Shown piece after piece: positions 37,780 to 53,890 of a stretch of 64,000 nucleotides of DNA; the first letter of the stretch is position 1, and each line of letters opens with the position of its first letter. A program made the translations under genes and the position numbers. The notes beneath the pieces were generated by a model, which had not been told where the DNA came from, ran no database searches, and saw nothing but the letters and a program-made list of their open reading frames with translations. The stretch covers positions 36,332,001 through 36,396,000 of the forward strand of contig OX597830.1 in NCBI GenBank assembly GCA_951406725.2, read 5' to 3'. This DNA is from Octopus vulgaris. Its lineage: Eukaryota.

Positions 37780-38935
37780 CTTTACTTCTCAGAGCTCACG
37801 GTTTTGCTTGCTCTGGTTGGTTTGTGAGAGCGGACAGCAACCTGTTGTCCGAGGTCTCACATGGTCTCTTTCCGCATGCTAGAAGATTTGGTACTTCGAT
37901 GTTAACACTCAACACCCAAGTATTGTTCTAGAGAATTTCTGTCAAAACATAACTAAATTAGAAGTTTGTTTTAAAAGTAATTTGATTATAAGATGATATT
38001 AAGATGACAGTAAAAGGATTTTGCTGTTATTTACTTTAAAAAGTATTTTGACACTGGTTACAGATTAAAATATTTGGGGGATTACATAGACAATATTTTA
38101 AGTAGGATGTGGGCAGTTCCCAAGAACACTATTTTTTGAATTTCTTCCATTTTGGGATTTCCTGGTATTTGAGCCCCTTTTACTATAATTCCCAGGGCAC
38201 CTATGACAACAGGTATTGTTTTAGTCTTAAGGTTCCACATTTTGCCAATTTTTGCTTCAATATCTTTATACTTGTTCCGTTTTAGGTAGGTCTTGACAGA
38301 TACATTTATGTCGATTGGGACAGTCATATCAATGAGGAAGCATAATTTTTGTTTGAAGTCTTTCAATAAAATGTCTGGCCTATTCACATCTATCTTTCTG
38401 TCAGTTTGAACGGTGAAGCACCAAAGGTGTGAAATGTGGTCATTTTCAAGCACTGGAGATGGTTTGTGTTCCCACCAGTTTTTATCATGGGGCAAGTCCA
38501 AGTCTTCAAATTGCCCACTGAAAATACTGTGCTGTTCTACTATGCCTTTTGAGATACTCTGTAGGCGTATGAAGAGTGCACATAGAGAAAATATGATTGA
38601 TGGTTTCATTTTGTTGTTTGCGTGCACGACATGTTGGGCTACTGCCGTTCTTTAAGATATTGGCCCGGTAGCATTTTGTAAGTAGGTATTGATCATGGGC
38701 TGCTATGATAAACCCTTGTTCTCTGGTTTTGAGACAGAAGGCACTAACCATTGATGGGTAAGGGCTTTGTCAACATCGGAATTATCAGCTCTCTTTGGGT
38801 ATTTTCCACTGAGAGATTTTTCTTGCCATTTATCAGTAAGAATATCAAAGGCAGCACTTCTAGCACGGGTTTTCATATGCTTTAATTCTGGGATTTGTTG
38901 TATCTGGAATCCACTTAGATATTTCTTTGTTTGTT
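37780..38935 (-). mobile_element. R4/Dong-type (RLE) LINE, 5'-truncated
   Basis: Zinc knuckle TCRARKQQNETINHIFSMC...YLKRH and restriction-like endonuclease NRPDILLKD...LIDMTVP...K..KYKD, IPVVIGALG; frameshifted. Confidence 0.88.
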
Positions 38936-39179
38936 TGATGTTTTCTTTTCATGCTTTAAGACAGGTTTTAATATCCAGTCATGACAGTTTTTCAGGTAGA
39001 TGTTTAAGCCAATTGTTGCAATCTTCATTGTTAATTTCAGTTAGAAAAGTCCACGGCCACCATTCTATGCATTATCAACAATTTTTGTATTTTTCTGTCA
39101 AGATTACAATTTTCAGTAATTTATTATTTTCATTATTATTATCATAATTATCACTATCATTATTATTTTTATTAACATC

Positions 39180-39705
39180 TTCTTTCAATTCTGTTTCCAT
39201 TTCTTGCCGAGTGTCTTCATGACACCTAGGGTAGAGAAATGCTCTGTATACCTTGGTAGGCCATTGAAATAAACACACCAGATTGTTCATTTACAAAGTC
39301 GTATTAGAGAAAAAGGGGAAAACCGAAAAAAAAATGGAAAAATGAAAAATAAAAAGTAAACAAATAAAATATAAGGGTGAAAAGGAAAGAAAATTCACAG
39401 CGATGATGCTCTTCTGAATACCAGTTAAGACAATATTTTGCACTTCCTGTATGGATGGTAAGCCAGAGATCATTCTTAAATAATTTTCAGTTCCTCTTTT
39501 GATCATTCCAAGTGTTCCTGCAATCACTTGTATTATAACCGTTTTGAGATGCCACATCTTTTCGATTTCGATTAGCAAATCTTTACATTTTCTGAGCTTA
39601 TCAAATTCTTTTGCCGAAATATTATGTCACAGGGTATGCTCATGTCAATCAATTGTTTTGGTCTTTCACAACAATATTTGGTTTATTTGCTTTGATGGTC
39701 CCAAA
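39180..39705 (-). mobile_element. R4/Dong-type LINE 3' fragment (copy 2)
   Basis: LIEIEKMWHLKTVIIQVIAGTLGMIKRG...EVQNIVLTG; bounded by TAA-like repeats. Confidence 0.8.
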
Positions 39706-39730
39706 GAATTATTGTTATTATTATTATTAT

Positions 39731-40144
<414 letters not shown>

Positions 40145-40980
40145 CACTTTCTCCTTTATCATTTCAGAGTCAGTAAAGTAAGTACCAGTTGTGCATTGGG
40201 GTCAATATAATCGATTAACCCCACCCCCACCCACCTATCCCAAAAAGGAACATATACGTCAAAGAAACCAGATGATTTGAGAAAGAGGGTCTCCTCTTTT
40301 TAGGGGTCTTTTTTTTATAATTCAGTTACTTGAGCATCTGAATGTTCGCTGTCGGATGTGTATGTGTGTGACAGAGAGATAGAGAGCGTGAGAGAGAGAG
40401 CGTGAGAAAGAGAGAGCGTGAGAAAGAGAGAGCGTGAGAGAGAGTGTGTGTGTGTGTGTGTGTGTGAGAGAGTATGTGACAGAGAGAGAATGTGTGAGAG
40501 AGAGAGAGTGAAAGAAAGAGTGGGGGGATGATATGTATTATCTATGTGCTTATGTGTACATGTAAATTTTACAAGTAGTATACATTGATAAGATATAATA
40601 TATTCTCAGAAAGATGCAATGAGTAACAGCAGTTTTATCTTATTTCGCGATCATTAAAATTTTTATAAGATATTTATAAATTATTTATTCTTGCCAGCAA
40701 TGAACCGACGCCATGCAGTTTAATTTATTCATTAAAGCCAAGTTTGTTTCTGATTTAAGTAGCGATTGCTATAAGTCTTTTTCGTTGGTAGAAGTGTGAG
40801 AAGTACTTTTTCTTAGTTCTGTAACCAACTAATTATGAAATTAAACCAAGATAATCTCCTTAGTTTTTCTGCATACACGCCTATTTAAGTTGCACAGTGA
40901 AGTCTTTAAAAGCTGTAGCTCATTCCATAATACATGTACACAAACACACACACCCGTATACATACGTAGAAAAATGCACA

Positions 40981-41049
<69 letters not shown>

Positions 41050-41719
41050 CTGTGTGTGCGCTCGTGTCTGTTTCTCTGTGTGTGTTTGCAAAAACGTAGA
41101 TACCTGAAAAGTTAATGTAATCATTGGCGTTTTTCTTAAATCCGTGAGATTTCCGGTTTCATGCCAGCGTACAGACGTCAGCGAAAAAGGAAGAATTAAG
41201 CTGGCTGGCAAATCTAGTTTGTTCAGTTGAAAAGATCTGACTTAGCAAATCCAGGAGATGACAAATTGAAATTCAGCTCACCTCCTCGTGGATGAATAAG
41301 AACAATCGCCTTAAAATATTATTCATCACATTCCAGATGAGCGTACAATGCTTAGACAGAAGCAAAATTTATATTATTTAGAAATATACCTGAATATATT
41401 CTAAATTACAGCAGAAGTGCTGAATTTTCAGTTTTGCTCTGTAAAAGCATTATAGCGTGTATTAAATAGTGAGTTGGTGTTTATGCAAGATAAACGTATA
41501 ATAACATAGATGCTTGTATGTGCATCTATATATTGATACTGGATGGTGATACTGGTAATGGTGGTACTGATTGGTGCTGGTGCTGGAGTCTCTGGATAAT
41601 GTAGAACTACTTAGATATACTTAGTCTACTGATAGGGCGCGTTGATCAAGGATCAGCTGTCGTGAGCTAAGCAACAACTAGATCACGCATGCATTTAAAT
41701 ACCTATGTGAATATAATGA

Positions 41720-41834
41720 AGGGATGGTCGTGTGGTAAGAAGTTTGCTTCCCAACCACATGGTTCCGGGTTCAGCCTTGTGAATGACTTGATAGACGGAA
41801 ACTGAAGGAATCCCATCGTGCATGTATGTTTGTC

Positions 41835-41915
<81 letters not shown>

Positions 41916-42040
41916 CTTTGTGTTTGTGTTTTCCCTCACCAGCATAACAATCAGTGTTGGTGTGTTTACGTCCCCGAAAACTAGCTGTTCGACAAAAGAG
42001 ATTGATAGAATAAGTAACAAGATTTTTAAAAATAAGTTCT
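41720..42040 (+). mobile_element. tRNA-derived SINE (CR1-tail family), partial
   Basis: GTGTGGTAAGAAGTTTGCTTCCCAACCACATGGTTCCGGGTTCAG; internal (TG)n; GATAGAATAAGTA. Confidence 0.75.
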
Positions 42041-42048
42041 ACAAATTA

Positions 42049-42918
42049 CCGCAAGAAGCCACTTGATGCAATCCTCAGACATCAGTCTGTCGACTGATGT
42101 CAGGTAAAGCCATATCTCCACGTGGTACGTCTTTCTTTTGTAGTGCTTTTCCCCTGTTCGTCGATTTTTGCGATGTCTGAAACGAAGGAACGGCATGCTT
42201 CCATGTAATTCTGTTTTCTGCTGGGGGGGGGGACGGCGGCCGAAACAGTTGTCATGCTTCAAACAGCTTACAAGAACGCTGTCATGAGCAAAACACAAAT
42301 TTACGAGTGGTTTCCACGCTTTAGGAATGGTTACTTGTTGCTTGAAGACCAACCTCGTTCAGGACGACCGTTGATTTCCAGAACGACTGAAAACATCACG
42401 AAAATTCATGAACTGATCTTGGAAGACCATCACCGAACAATTGACGAACTTGTTGATATGACTGGTGTGTCCTGGAGCTCCTGCTGACGAATTTTGAGCG
42501 TTGAATTGTGAATGAAAAGAATTGCAGCAAAATTTGTGCCTTGCTTCCTCACGGAAGATCAAAAGCAATCACGACAGAATGCATGTCGTGAACTGAAAGA
42601 ACAGTTGGAAGTTGATCAGAACCTTTTCTCGAAGGTCATTACCGGTGACGAAAGCTGGTGCTGTGGAATTTGAAGGTGTGGAAGAGGTGAAGAAAAAAAC
42701 GACGGAGGCGTTAAAAGGCATCACTTTGCAAGAGTTCCAGCACTGCTTCGTAAACTGGAAACCAATGCAAAAATAAGAAGCACCACGTCAGAGTACGACT
42801 TCACCTGATGACGCAGGTTGGCAGACTGATTGCTGAGGGTTGCATCGAGCGGCTTCTTGCGGCAGAAGCCTGAACTACAACTGAGAACGTTTCCATTACA
42901 TTTGGGTACCCCCCTCGT
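42049..42918 (+). mobile_element. Defective mariner derivative
   Basis: Transposase remnant AAETVVMLQTAY...EWF.RF...EDQPRSGRP...AAKFVP..LTEDQK...ITGDESWC with a stop and an internal deletion; right terminus ...ACCCCCCTCGT. Confidence 0.88.
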
Positions 42919-43668
42919 GTATGTAGCTGTATATATGTATATAAAAGATATATATTATATATACATACATATCTATATATACACACATAAATATACACAC
43001 ACACACATACACATACACACACATATATACACATATATACATACACACACATACATATATGCATATGCGTATGTGTACATAACTACAATATGTATTGTGA
43101 GTGTATATGTGCGTGTGTGTATACGAATGCCAATGTGCATGTGTGTTTATGTTTGTGTGTCTGTCTGTCTGTCTGTCTGTCTGTGTGCCCGTTCGTGTGT
43201 ACTTTTGTTTTGCGTGTGTATGTCTGTGATTGTGTTTATTCCTCCTTGCGGTTGTTGCGGTATGCGCATGTTTGGGCCGGGAGTAAAACTATATGTTGAC
43301 ACATTACATTTATTTATATGCAAATCTCCATCGGTTAGGGGGTCCTGTTTGTGTTTTTATGTCTGTCTGTCTGTCTGCCTGCCTAGATACATATGTCAGT
43401 AAATGCGCATGCGTGGCAGTACACATTTCAAAATGGTGGCAACCTCAAGAATGCTGTCAGTAAACGTGAGAAGGAAAAAAAATGATTCATTCAAGCCGCA
43501 ATTTTTTTTTATAAGATAGACATTATGTAACATAAAAATGCAAATGGCGTAGAAAAATAAATCGAAAATGTGAAACAAACAACAAAACGGCTTCCAATAC
43601 AAAATATTTCAGCAATAAATACATACACATACACACATGTATGCATACATGAACACACACACACATAC

Positions 43669-43743
<75 letters not shown>

Positions 43744-43782
43744 ACACACACTTGTATACTCACACACATATATGTGTATATT

Positions 43783-43814
<32 letters not shown>

Positions 43815-43819
43815 CATAC

Positions 43820-43862
<43 letters not shown>

Positions 43863-44401
43863 ATTGAGAAAAAATCCCAATATACCATTCAATGTAAAAA
43901 AATGAAGATATCCAATTCTCTCCCTCACCTTAATACAATATGGCGGCTCGTTCTCATTTTGCAATATGTGTGTGTATGTATTTATGCGTGTGTGAATGTG
44001 CATGTGTTTGTATGCATACACATAAATACATCATATATGTTACGCACACACGCATACACGCTCACACGAAGGCACAAATGCCGCATATACACGTCTTTCT
44101 GTATACGCTTCTGTTTGTTTCCTTCTGTCTTTCTCTATGTTTTCCTTCGCACCTTACTATGTACATATCTACCTATATACCTACTCATCTATCTATTTAT
44201 TCATCAATTTCTCTATGTATCCATTATTACATATATGTCATTATATGTATGCCTCTCTCTCTCTCTCTCTTTCTCATTTTCCTCTCACTCTCTCCGTCTC
44301 CTTTCTCTCTTTCTGTACATATATACATATGCATATATATATATATATATGCGCATATATATGTATATATCTTCACACAAATATGTTTATGTATGTATAT
44401 G

Positions 44402-44495
<94 letters not shown>

Positions 44496-44844
44496 TATGT
44501 TTATATATATAAATATATATGTATATATATTAATTTATATTTCCTGCGCTTATCTAACTATTTAACCATCTCAGTGCCTCTTCCTTTATATGCACATACA
44601 CACACACACACATACATACATACATGCACACATACATACATACATACATACATACATACATACATACATACATACATGCATACATATATACATACATAGA
44701 TACATATATTTGTGTGTGTGTGCGTGTGTATGTATACATATATATATATGTATATATATATAGATATATATAGATATATATATGTATGTGTATACATATA
44801 TGTATATATGCATATATGTACGCATGAGTGTGTATCTGAATGCG

Positions 44845-44881
<37 letters not shown>

Positions 44882-45620
44882 CTGTGTGTGTATTGATTTC
44901 CCTCATTTTATACACGTATACCCCCATACCCATTTTGCTTGTCCCTTTCTCGCTCTCCCTTTCCTCTCACCTTTCTCTCTCTCTATCTCTCTATCTATCT
45001 ATCTACCTATCTATCCATCCATTTATCTGTATCTCTTTCTCTCTCTCTCTCTCTCTTTCTATCTGTCTATCTATCTATTTATCTGTATCTCACACTTTAT
45101 CTCTCTCCTTCTCTCTCTACCTCCCTCTCTGTCCCTCCCTCTCTCTCTATCTATCTACCTATCTATCTATCTCTACCAGTCTCTGCATTTCTCCCAATCT
45201 GGGGTTTATACCACACCCACCCAACTTTATCTCTCTATTTTATCTCTCCATTCCCACTCGAACTCTCTATCTATCAATCACTGTCCACGTACCCATCTAT
45301 CCAGCTATCGATCTCTTTACGCACATATACCTTTACAGATACATACATACCTATAAATTCACACATATCTTTATACATATATATATATACACACATATAC
45401 ATAGGTGTGTGTGCATACATATATGTATGTAGGTATATATATATGTATTTACATACAAACATGTTACGTATGTATGCATATATATGTGTGTATGTGTGTG
45501 AGTGTGTGTGTGTACGTATGTATATATATACATATATACATATATGTATCTATGTGTGTATGTATGTCTATAGATATAGTTATATATATATATATATATA
45601 TAATTATATATATGTATGTA

Positions 45621-45661
<41 letters not shown>

Positions 45662-46022
45662 GTTTACATATGTTTCTGCGTGAGTTTACGTATGAGTATG
45701 CATATGTATGCATGTACGCCTTTCTAATTATTTTTTTTGCCATTCATTGATCTCCCTCCCATCCATTTTTATCCACCTAAACTGCTCGCACATTCCCGCC
45801 TTTTTTTCTCTCAATCTCACCCAAATTCGGTGGAGTGAAGGCAGGAATGATACATGGTGGCGTGGGGGGGGGGGGGTCTTCCTTTTTTTTTTCTTTTTTT
45901 GCCTTCCCATATCCCCGAATCTCAATTTCGAATCAGGTAGTTGCAGTACTTTACTGTCGTAAATCGTTGAATATATTAAAATAACAACTGAGCCCTCAAT
46001 TCAGTTACTGTTATATATGCAT

Positions 46023-46079
<57 letters not shown>

Positions 46080-46132
46080 CATATATATATATATATATAT
46101 ACACATATATATATATACATATATATATATAC

Positions 46133-46209
<77 letters not shown>

Positions 46210-47006
46210 TATATGTATGTTGGTATGTATATATGTTGGTATGTATGTATGCATGTATGTATGTACGTGCGTGTGACTGTATCTATAGTCGCATGGATTA
46301 GGGTATTGCAATTGTATATAAAAAACGAGCCATTCTTTTTCTGCGTGAGTATATAATTATATGAGTATATGCATGGATGGATGGATGGGTGTATATACAC
46401 ATATCCGTACAACATATATATATACACACACATTTATAAGATTCTGAATATGTATGCGTGCGTGTGTGTGCGTCTGTGTGTGCATCATATATGCATGTAT
46501 ATATGTACTTGTATATGTATGTGCGTATGCATATATACTTGTATATATATATATATATATATATACATGTGTGTTCATGTGTATGTGTGTGTATGTGCGT
46601 GTGTGCGTGTGTGTATGTATATACACAACATGTGCATATGTTTGCATGCATGCATGTATTTATGTGTGTTTATACGTAAATTTGTATGTATACACACGTA
46701 AATAACATTACATATTCGTAAAAGGAGATCATATTAATATATGTGCATATTCACAGTACATGTACGTAAATGAGTTAGTGTGCATGTATGTATGCATGTA
46801 TGTGAGTGCGTGGGTGTCAGTGCGCATGTGTGGGTATGGGTGTCCGTTTGTGAGCCTGCAATTGTCAGTATTTTTTTTTATTTTCCTGTATTTGGTTGGC
46901 ATATTTATATTAATGTGAAATATCAAATTGCTACGCAGAAATATATATATATATGCAGATAGATATAGATATGTATACATATTTGTATGTATGTGTATAT
47001 ATACAT

Positions 47007-47045
<39 letters not shown>

Positions 47046-47362
47046 TATAATGAGTGTATATGTATATACGAATGCCTATATGTATACACACATTACTTTA
47101 TATACCATTTCTCATAAGTTAGGCATCATTTAAACTTCCTCTATATTCGAAAATCTGTCAGATATATTGGACATAAATACATAAGTATATCTATACATAT
47201 TTACACACACACACACAAGCGCACACACACACAAAACACACATATGTACACACTCACTCATGCACGCACACACACGTGTAATATATATATATATATATAT
47301 AATATTATATATATATATACTTATACATATATATATACTTATACATATATATATATATACTT

Positions 47363-47438
<76 letters not shown>

Positions 47439-47899
47439 GGGCATATACACTCATGTATAGTTGTGTGAATTATGTATTCATAATGTACAAAAAATGTATA
47501 ATCCTATACAATTATCGCTATACACAGATACGTATATACATATGTGTGTGTGTGTGCGTGTTTGTATGTATGTGTGTATGTGTGTATGTATATATATATA
47601 TATATATATATAGGTGCGTGAATATGCGCGTGAGCATAATGAGGTTGTTTGTATTATGTATGCATTAAAAAAATTACCCACAGCCGTTATTGATTACATC
47701 ACACTTATGTATGTGTATGTGTGTGTGTGTATTTAAATGCGTGTATATATATATATATATATGTTCATATATGTAAGTGTGTGTGTGTGTGTATGTGTGT
47801 GTGTACTATTGGAGAGGGGGCACCTCATATTAATCCACTTGTGTGTGATTTGAAGGGGTGTATTGGTTGTGATTGTGGTGATAGTATGAGTGGGGTATG

Positions 47900-48214
47900 T
47901 AGCGGTGCTTGAGTGTAGTGGTGGTAAAAGTTGTGGTAGGGGTGTTGGTAGCGGTTGTGTTTTGTGGGGGTGGTTCTCGTACTGGTAGTTTGGTTGAGTG
48001 GGTGGGTGGGTGGGTGGGTGGGTGGGTGGATGGATGCTCTTTATACTGCTACGGTTGTTACTGTTGCTTGTGTGGGTGAGTGGGTAGCGGAGCGGGGATG
48101 TGATTGCCGGGTTGTTGGGGATTGGGTGGGCTGGGGTGCTGTTTATGTGTGTAGTTTTCTCCGTTCCTATTGTTATTACCGTATCTGGTAAAGCTAGTCG
48201 TTGTTTTGCAATTG

Positions 48215-48250
<36 letters not shown>

Positions 48251-48277
48251 CGACGACGACGATGATGATGATGATGG

Positions 48278-48322
<45 letters not shown>

Positions 48323-49912
48323 CGATGATGATGATGGAGCATTGTTAATGGGGATGAAAGGAATGTAGTTTCGGTGGGGGGGGTCACTGGAGGTGGTGGT
48401 AGTGGTGTTATCGATGGGGGGGGGGGATTGATGGGGTCCATTGTGATGATTGTGGTTGTGGAGTTGTTGTTGCTGTTTTTCTTTTTTGTTGTTGTCGCTG
48501 TTGGTAGTGGTTGTGATGGTGGTGGCGGTAATTGTGATACTAGTGGCGGTTGTGAAGATGGTGGTAGTGTGGGCGCGGAATTAGCGACGGGGTGTGCCAT
48601 AAGTTTTGAAGGTGCAGGTGGTCATGGTGGCGCTGGTGGTAGTGGTGCTGGTGGTGGTGGTGGTGCTGGTGGTGGTGGTGCTGGTAGCGCTGGTGGTAGT
48701 GGTGCTGGTGTTGGTGGTGGTGGTGGTGGTGGTGTGGTGGTGGTGGTGGTGGTGGTGGTGGTGGTGGTGGTGGTGGTGGTGGTGGTGGTGGTGCGGAAAA
48801 GTTAGTTGTGATGGTAAGTAGTACTCGTTGTGGTGGTAGGAGCTATGTTGGTGGTAGTGGTAGCGGAGGTGTTGGTCTTTTACAGTAACAGACAATCTGG
48901 TTGTAGTAACATTTGTATAATTATAGTTGGGTTTCTAGCCTTTATGATGGAAGTGGAGGTGGTGGTGGTCATATTGGTTTTGGTACAGGTGGCGGTTGTA
49001 GTACTGATAGCAGTAGGTGAGGTTGTTGCTGGAAATAATTGTAGTGGTGGTGGTGGTGGTGATGGTGGTGGTGGTCTTCGTCGTCGTCGTCGTGGACATG
49101 GTGATCGTCGTAGTGGCAGTGGTGGTGATGGTGGTGATGGTGATGGTGATGGTGGTGATGGTGATGGTGGTGGTTGAGGTGGTGGTTTTCATCGTCGTGG
49201 ATATGGTGATCGTCGTAGTGGCAGCGGTGGTGGTGGTGGTGGTGGTGGTGGTGGTGGTGGTGGTGATTGTAAAAGTGGTGGGCACGGTAGTGGTCGTTGT
49301 AGTGGCTATTGGTTACTGGTGCTGGTAGGGTGGTAGTGTTACTGTGGTCACAGTGCTGATGGCGGCGATAGCGACGGTGGTGGTGTCAGCGGTAGCAGTG
49401 AAAGCGGTGATGATGGTGGTGGTAGTGGTGACGGTGGCAGTGGTAGTAGTGGTGGAGGTAGTGATGGTGGTGGTGGTGGTGGTGCTGCTGGTGGAACCGA
49501 CATCGATAGAGGTGGCGGTGGTGGTGATGGTTCACGTAATAGTGTTAATGTTGATGGTGGAGAAACAGGGTAGATTGCAATTTAGATATCATCAAGGTGT
49601 GTTTGTTTGTAGTGATAGCCTTGCTGCTGCTGCTGCTGCTGCTGGTTGTGGTGGTGGTGGTGGTTGTGGTGGTGGTGGTGGTGGTGGTGGTGGTGGTGGT
49701 GGTGGTGGTGGTGGTGGGTGGTGGTGGTGGTGGTGGTGGTGATGGTGGTGGTGGTGGTGGTGGTGGTGGTGGTGGTGGTGGTGGTGGTGGTGGTGGTGGT
49801 GGTGGTGGTGGTGGTGGTGGTGGTGGTGGTGGTGGTGGTGGTGGTGGTGGTGGTGGTGGTGGTGGTGGTGGTGGTGGTGGTGGTGGTGGTGGTGGTGGTG
49901 GTGGTGGTGGTA
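47900..49912. repeat. G-rich (GGT)n/(GAT)n/(GGGT)n microsatellite field
   Basis: Read directly; strong strand asymmetry. Confidence 0.9.
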
Positions 49913-50159
49913 ACGATGGAAACCCTTCTCCCAAAAAATAAAACGAAATATAGTAATGCCGATGGAACTGAGAGTACAGGCACTTGTAGAGGTTATTTTG
50001 ACGGCATGTTTGTTCATATCGGTGTTTCTCAAAGGGTAGATTCGTTGCTACAGGCAACTTTTCACATGAGCGCATAGGTCTATAAATACATACATACACA
50101 CATACATACATGAATATATACATATTTGCATTACAATATATAATCATATATATATATAC

Positions 50160-50203
<44 letters not shown>

Positions 50204-50404
50204 GTGTGTATGTGTGTGTGCGTGAGTGTGGAGTTCCCTAGGTCTATCATTTCTTCTGTGATTCTGCCATTTCTATGAGCAATACACCCTCTTCAGGGAA
50301 GCACAATATCGAAGGGTGCACCATTATAGTATTGTGCAGCAACTTAAGAGTTAGATTGTAACATTTGTAAATGTAATTCAAACAATTCGCAGGCGATAAC
50401 AAAG

Positions 50405-50533
<129 letters not shown>

Positions 50534-50597
50534 TACATATATATATATAGATGCGTGTATTTTTGTACATATATGTATGTATGTCTCTATATCTATA

Positions 50598-50653
<56 letters not shown>

Positions 50654-50658
<5 letters not shown>

Positions 50659-51020
50659 CTATATATAAACGGCAGTTTGTCTGTGCGTGTTTCTGTGTGT
50701 CTGTTTGCTTGTACCTCATGACCACGGCTTTCAACCGATTCTGCTGAAACTTGACACACACATAGCCCAATGTCATAATTCAAAACTAACGCAGCGAAAA
50801 TTTTGAAAAGTTCCCCCAGTTTTGAAAAAAATCGATAAATTCGACATGGGGTCCAGAATCAGAAACACAAAATGTCTAGGGACGCAACTCCACCTTTTTT
50901 AAATAAAAAAAAATTTACCATCATTTTTTCCCATTTTTTTGCTACTTTTTGGCTATAACTCTCTAAAAATGCTTTATAGTTATTTCCTTACAAACCTGAG
51001 CAACGCCGGGCGATATGCTA
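50654..51020 (+). mobile_element. Non-autonomous Helitron-like element
   Basis: 5' TC(TC)TATATATAAA followed by (GTCT/GT) repeats; 3' GC hairpin CCTGAGCAACGCCGGG then GCTA; inserted in (AT)n with no TSD. Confidence 0.6.
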
Positions 51021-51687
51021 TATATATATATATATATATATATGTATACATATATATATATATATGTATACATATATATGTATGTATATATGTATGTATA
51101 TATATATGTGTGTGTGTGTGTGTGTATGTGTGTAATGCATCCGTGCTTCATATTTACATACGTGTGCGTGTGTGTGTGCGAGCGTGTGCGTCTTTGTGGG
51201 TGTGTGTGCGGATTTTTTTATTGTTTATGTACCTGAATATTTGCACAAATGCATGCTCACACACTATGTATGCAATCAGGCGGGTGGATATATATTTGTA
51301 TGCACGTTATGCCTGCTGGTGTGTGTGTGTATGTGTGTACACACGTATATATGGGTAAATGATTATATCAACGTACATATATTTATAAATTTATATACAC
51401 ATATACTCATATATACATATGCGTTATATATACGTGTGTGTGTGTGTATTATATATGTGTATGTATACATATTAACTTATAAGTGTGTATATATATTTGC
51501 ATGTGTGTGTGTGTGTGAATGTGTGTGCATGCGTAGTTCTGTGTCTTTATGTGTATATAGATAGGGGCGTGCAACTACGCAAAGTTACGACTGTAATTGT
51601 CTGCATACCTCTAAATTTACATAACACTGAAAGTTGACACACATATATACCCATATATACAAAGCGCATATATACAGGTAGAGGTAT

Positions 51688-51730
<43 letters not shown>

Positions 51731-51809
51731 TATAAACATATTTATATATATGTGTGTATATATATATATAGGTATAAACATATCTATATATGCGTGTATA
51801 TTTATAATT

Positions 51810-51874
<65 letters not shown>

Positions 51875-51994
51875 CACACATGTACATAGATATATATGTG
51901 TATGTATGTGTATATATATATAAAGACATGCACTATATATATATGTATATGCGTGTGTGTGCGTGTCTGTCTGTCAGTGTGTGTGTGTGTGTGT

Positions 51995-52030
<36 letters not shown>

Positions 52031-52558
52031 CATTCGTAGAAATTTTGTTCATCTGTACGTTATTCTGCGTTCGGATTTGAGTTTCATATATAATGTCTTT
52101 GCCTGCGTTGGTGTATGTCGCTGTGCGAGTCTTGTGTGTGTGTGTGTCTATGCGAGTTTAAGTTTCTGTTTCTCTAAACGTAAGTGGGAGCATATCCCCA
52201 AATAAAAAGAGAATAAATAACATTTGACTAATACTTCATCACGATCAGATTTCAAAAGGAATTCAAATACAGTGACGTATTTAATATTCGCTATGTCATC
52301 CATCACACTTGATGTGGCGTTGCTATGGCAATAGCATCACACACACTATTGCTTTGATCTTCAGACATCAATCTGTTTTCGATGTTGGGCAAGAAATATT
52401 TCTATCTTTCTTTTCGGTGTGTGTATACGTGTGTATGTGTGTACGTGCATGCGCGTGTGTTTGTGTGTGTGTGTTTGTGTGTATTGGGGAGAACTATGTG
52501 TGACCCCTTGTGCTTGCATGTGTATGTGTTTGTTGAGAGAAAGGAAGAGGTTAGCGAG

Positions 52559-52624
<66 letters not shown>

Positions 52625-52626
52625 CA

Positions 52627-52687
<61 letters not shown>

Positions 52688-52898
52688 ACAGAGATACAGA
52701 CATATATACGTATATAATACATAGGTACGTAATATCTAAAATATATATACGCAATATATATATTTTCGTTAATGAATTGATATATGTGTGTGTGAATGTA
52801 TGTATATATATGTAAGTATATATATATATATATATAACTATATAGGTATATATACCTATACATACATTTATATATATATACATACCTATATACTTGCA

Positions 52899-52933
<35 letters not shown>

Positions 52934-53832
52934 CTATGCGTAGTACATACAAAGCATAAACACATACATATGCACAGACACACATCCAAACATATATACA
53001 CGTATGCATGCATACGTACATACATACATACATACATACACACATACATACATACATACATACATACATACATACATACATACATACATACATACATACA
53101 TACATACATACATACATACATACATACATACATACATACATAGGTAAGGAGTAGGAATCACGTACGCAATTTGATGAGAATATTCAACATTGTGAAAAGT
53201 TCTGCCGTCTTGTTGAATTATTTGTCAGTCTATATCTATTGCTCATTATCTTCTTATCTTGTAACGAGTTTATCTCGAAAAGATTCTATCAAACATATGA
53301 TCAATCAAGGTAAAGGTTTTGATTATTATTAAGACACAAAGAAATATTTGAATAAGTGTCATATCAAAGTTAATTCACATTTGTTTTATCGCTTTCGTTA
53401 TATGTTCAGTATACATAGATATGTATTTATATATATATGAGTGTGTCTGTGCGTGTGTACATTTTATATAATATACAAATCTGCATATATAGGTATATGT
53501 ACATATATATACATACATATATTTATATATACACGTACATATATGCATATCTATAAATGTTCATATAAATACATATGTATATATTTACATGTATTATAAA
53601 ATAATTATATGTATATCCATGTATACATAGTATATGTATATGAGTTTATATATCATATATACATAATATACATAATATATATATATATATATAAGTGCAT
53701 ATACCTGTTTGTATATATATGTATATATTTATATACATGTATGTATAAATATATATATATACATACATATACATATATACATGTATATGCGTTTATATAA
53801 ATATTATATCAAAATTTAATGTAGGTACTTAT

Positions 53833-53890
<58 letters not shown>

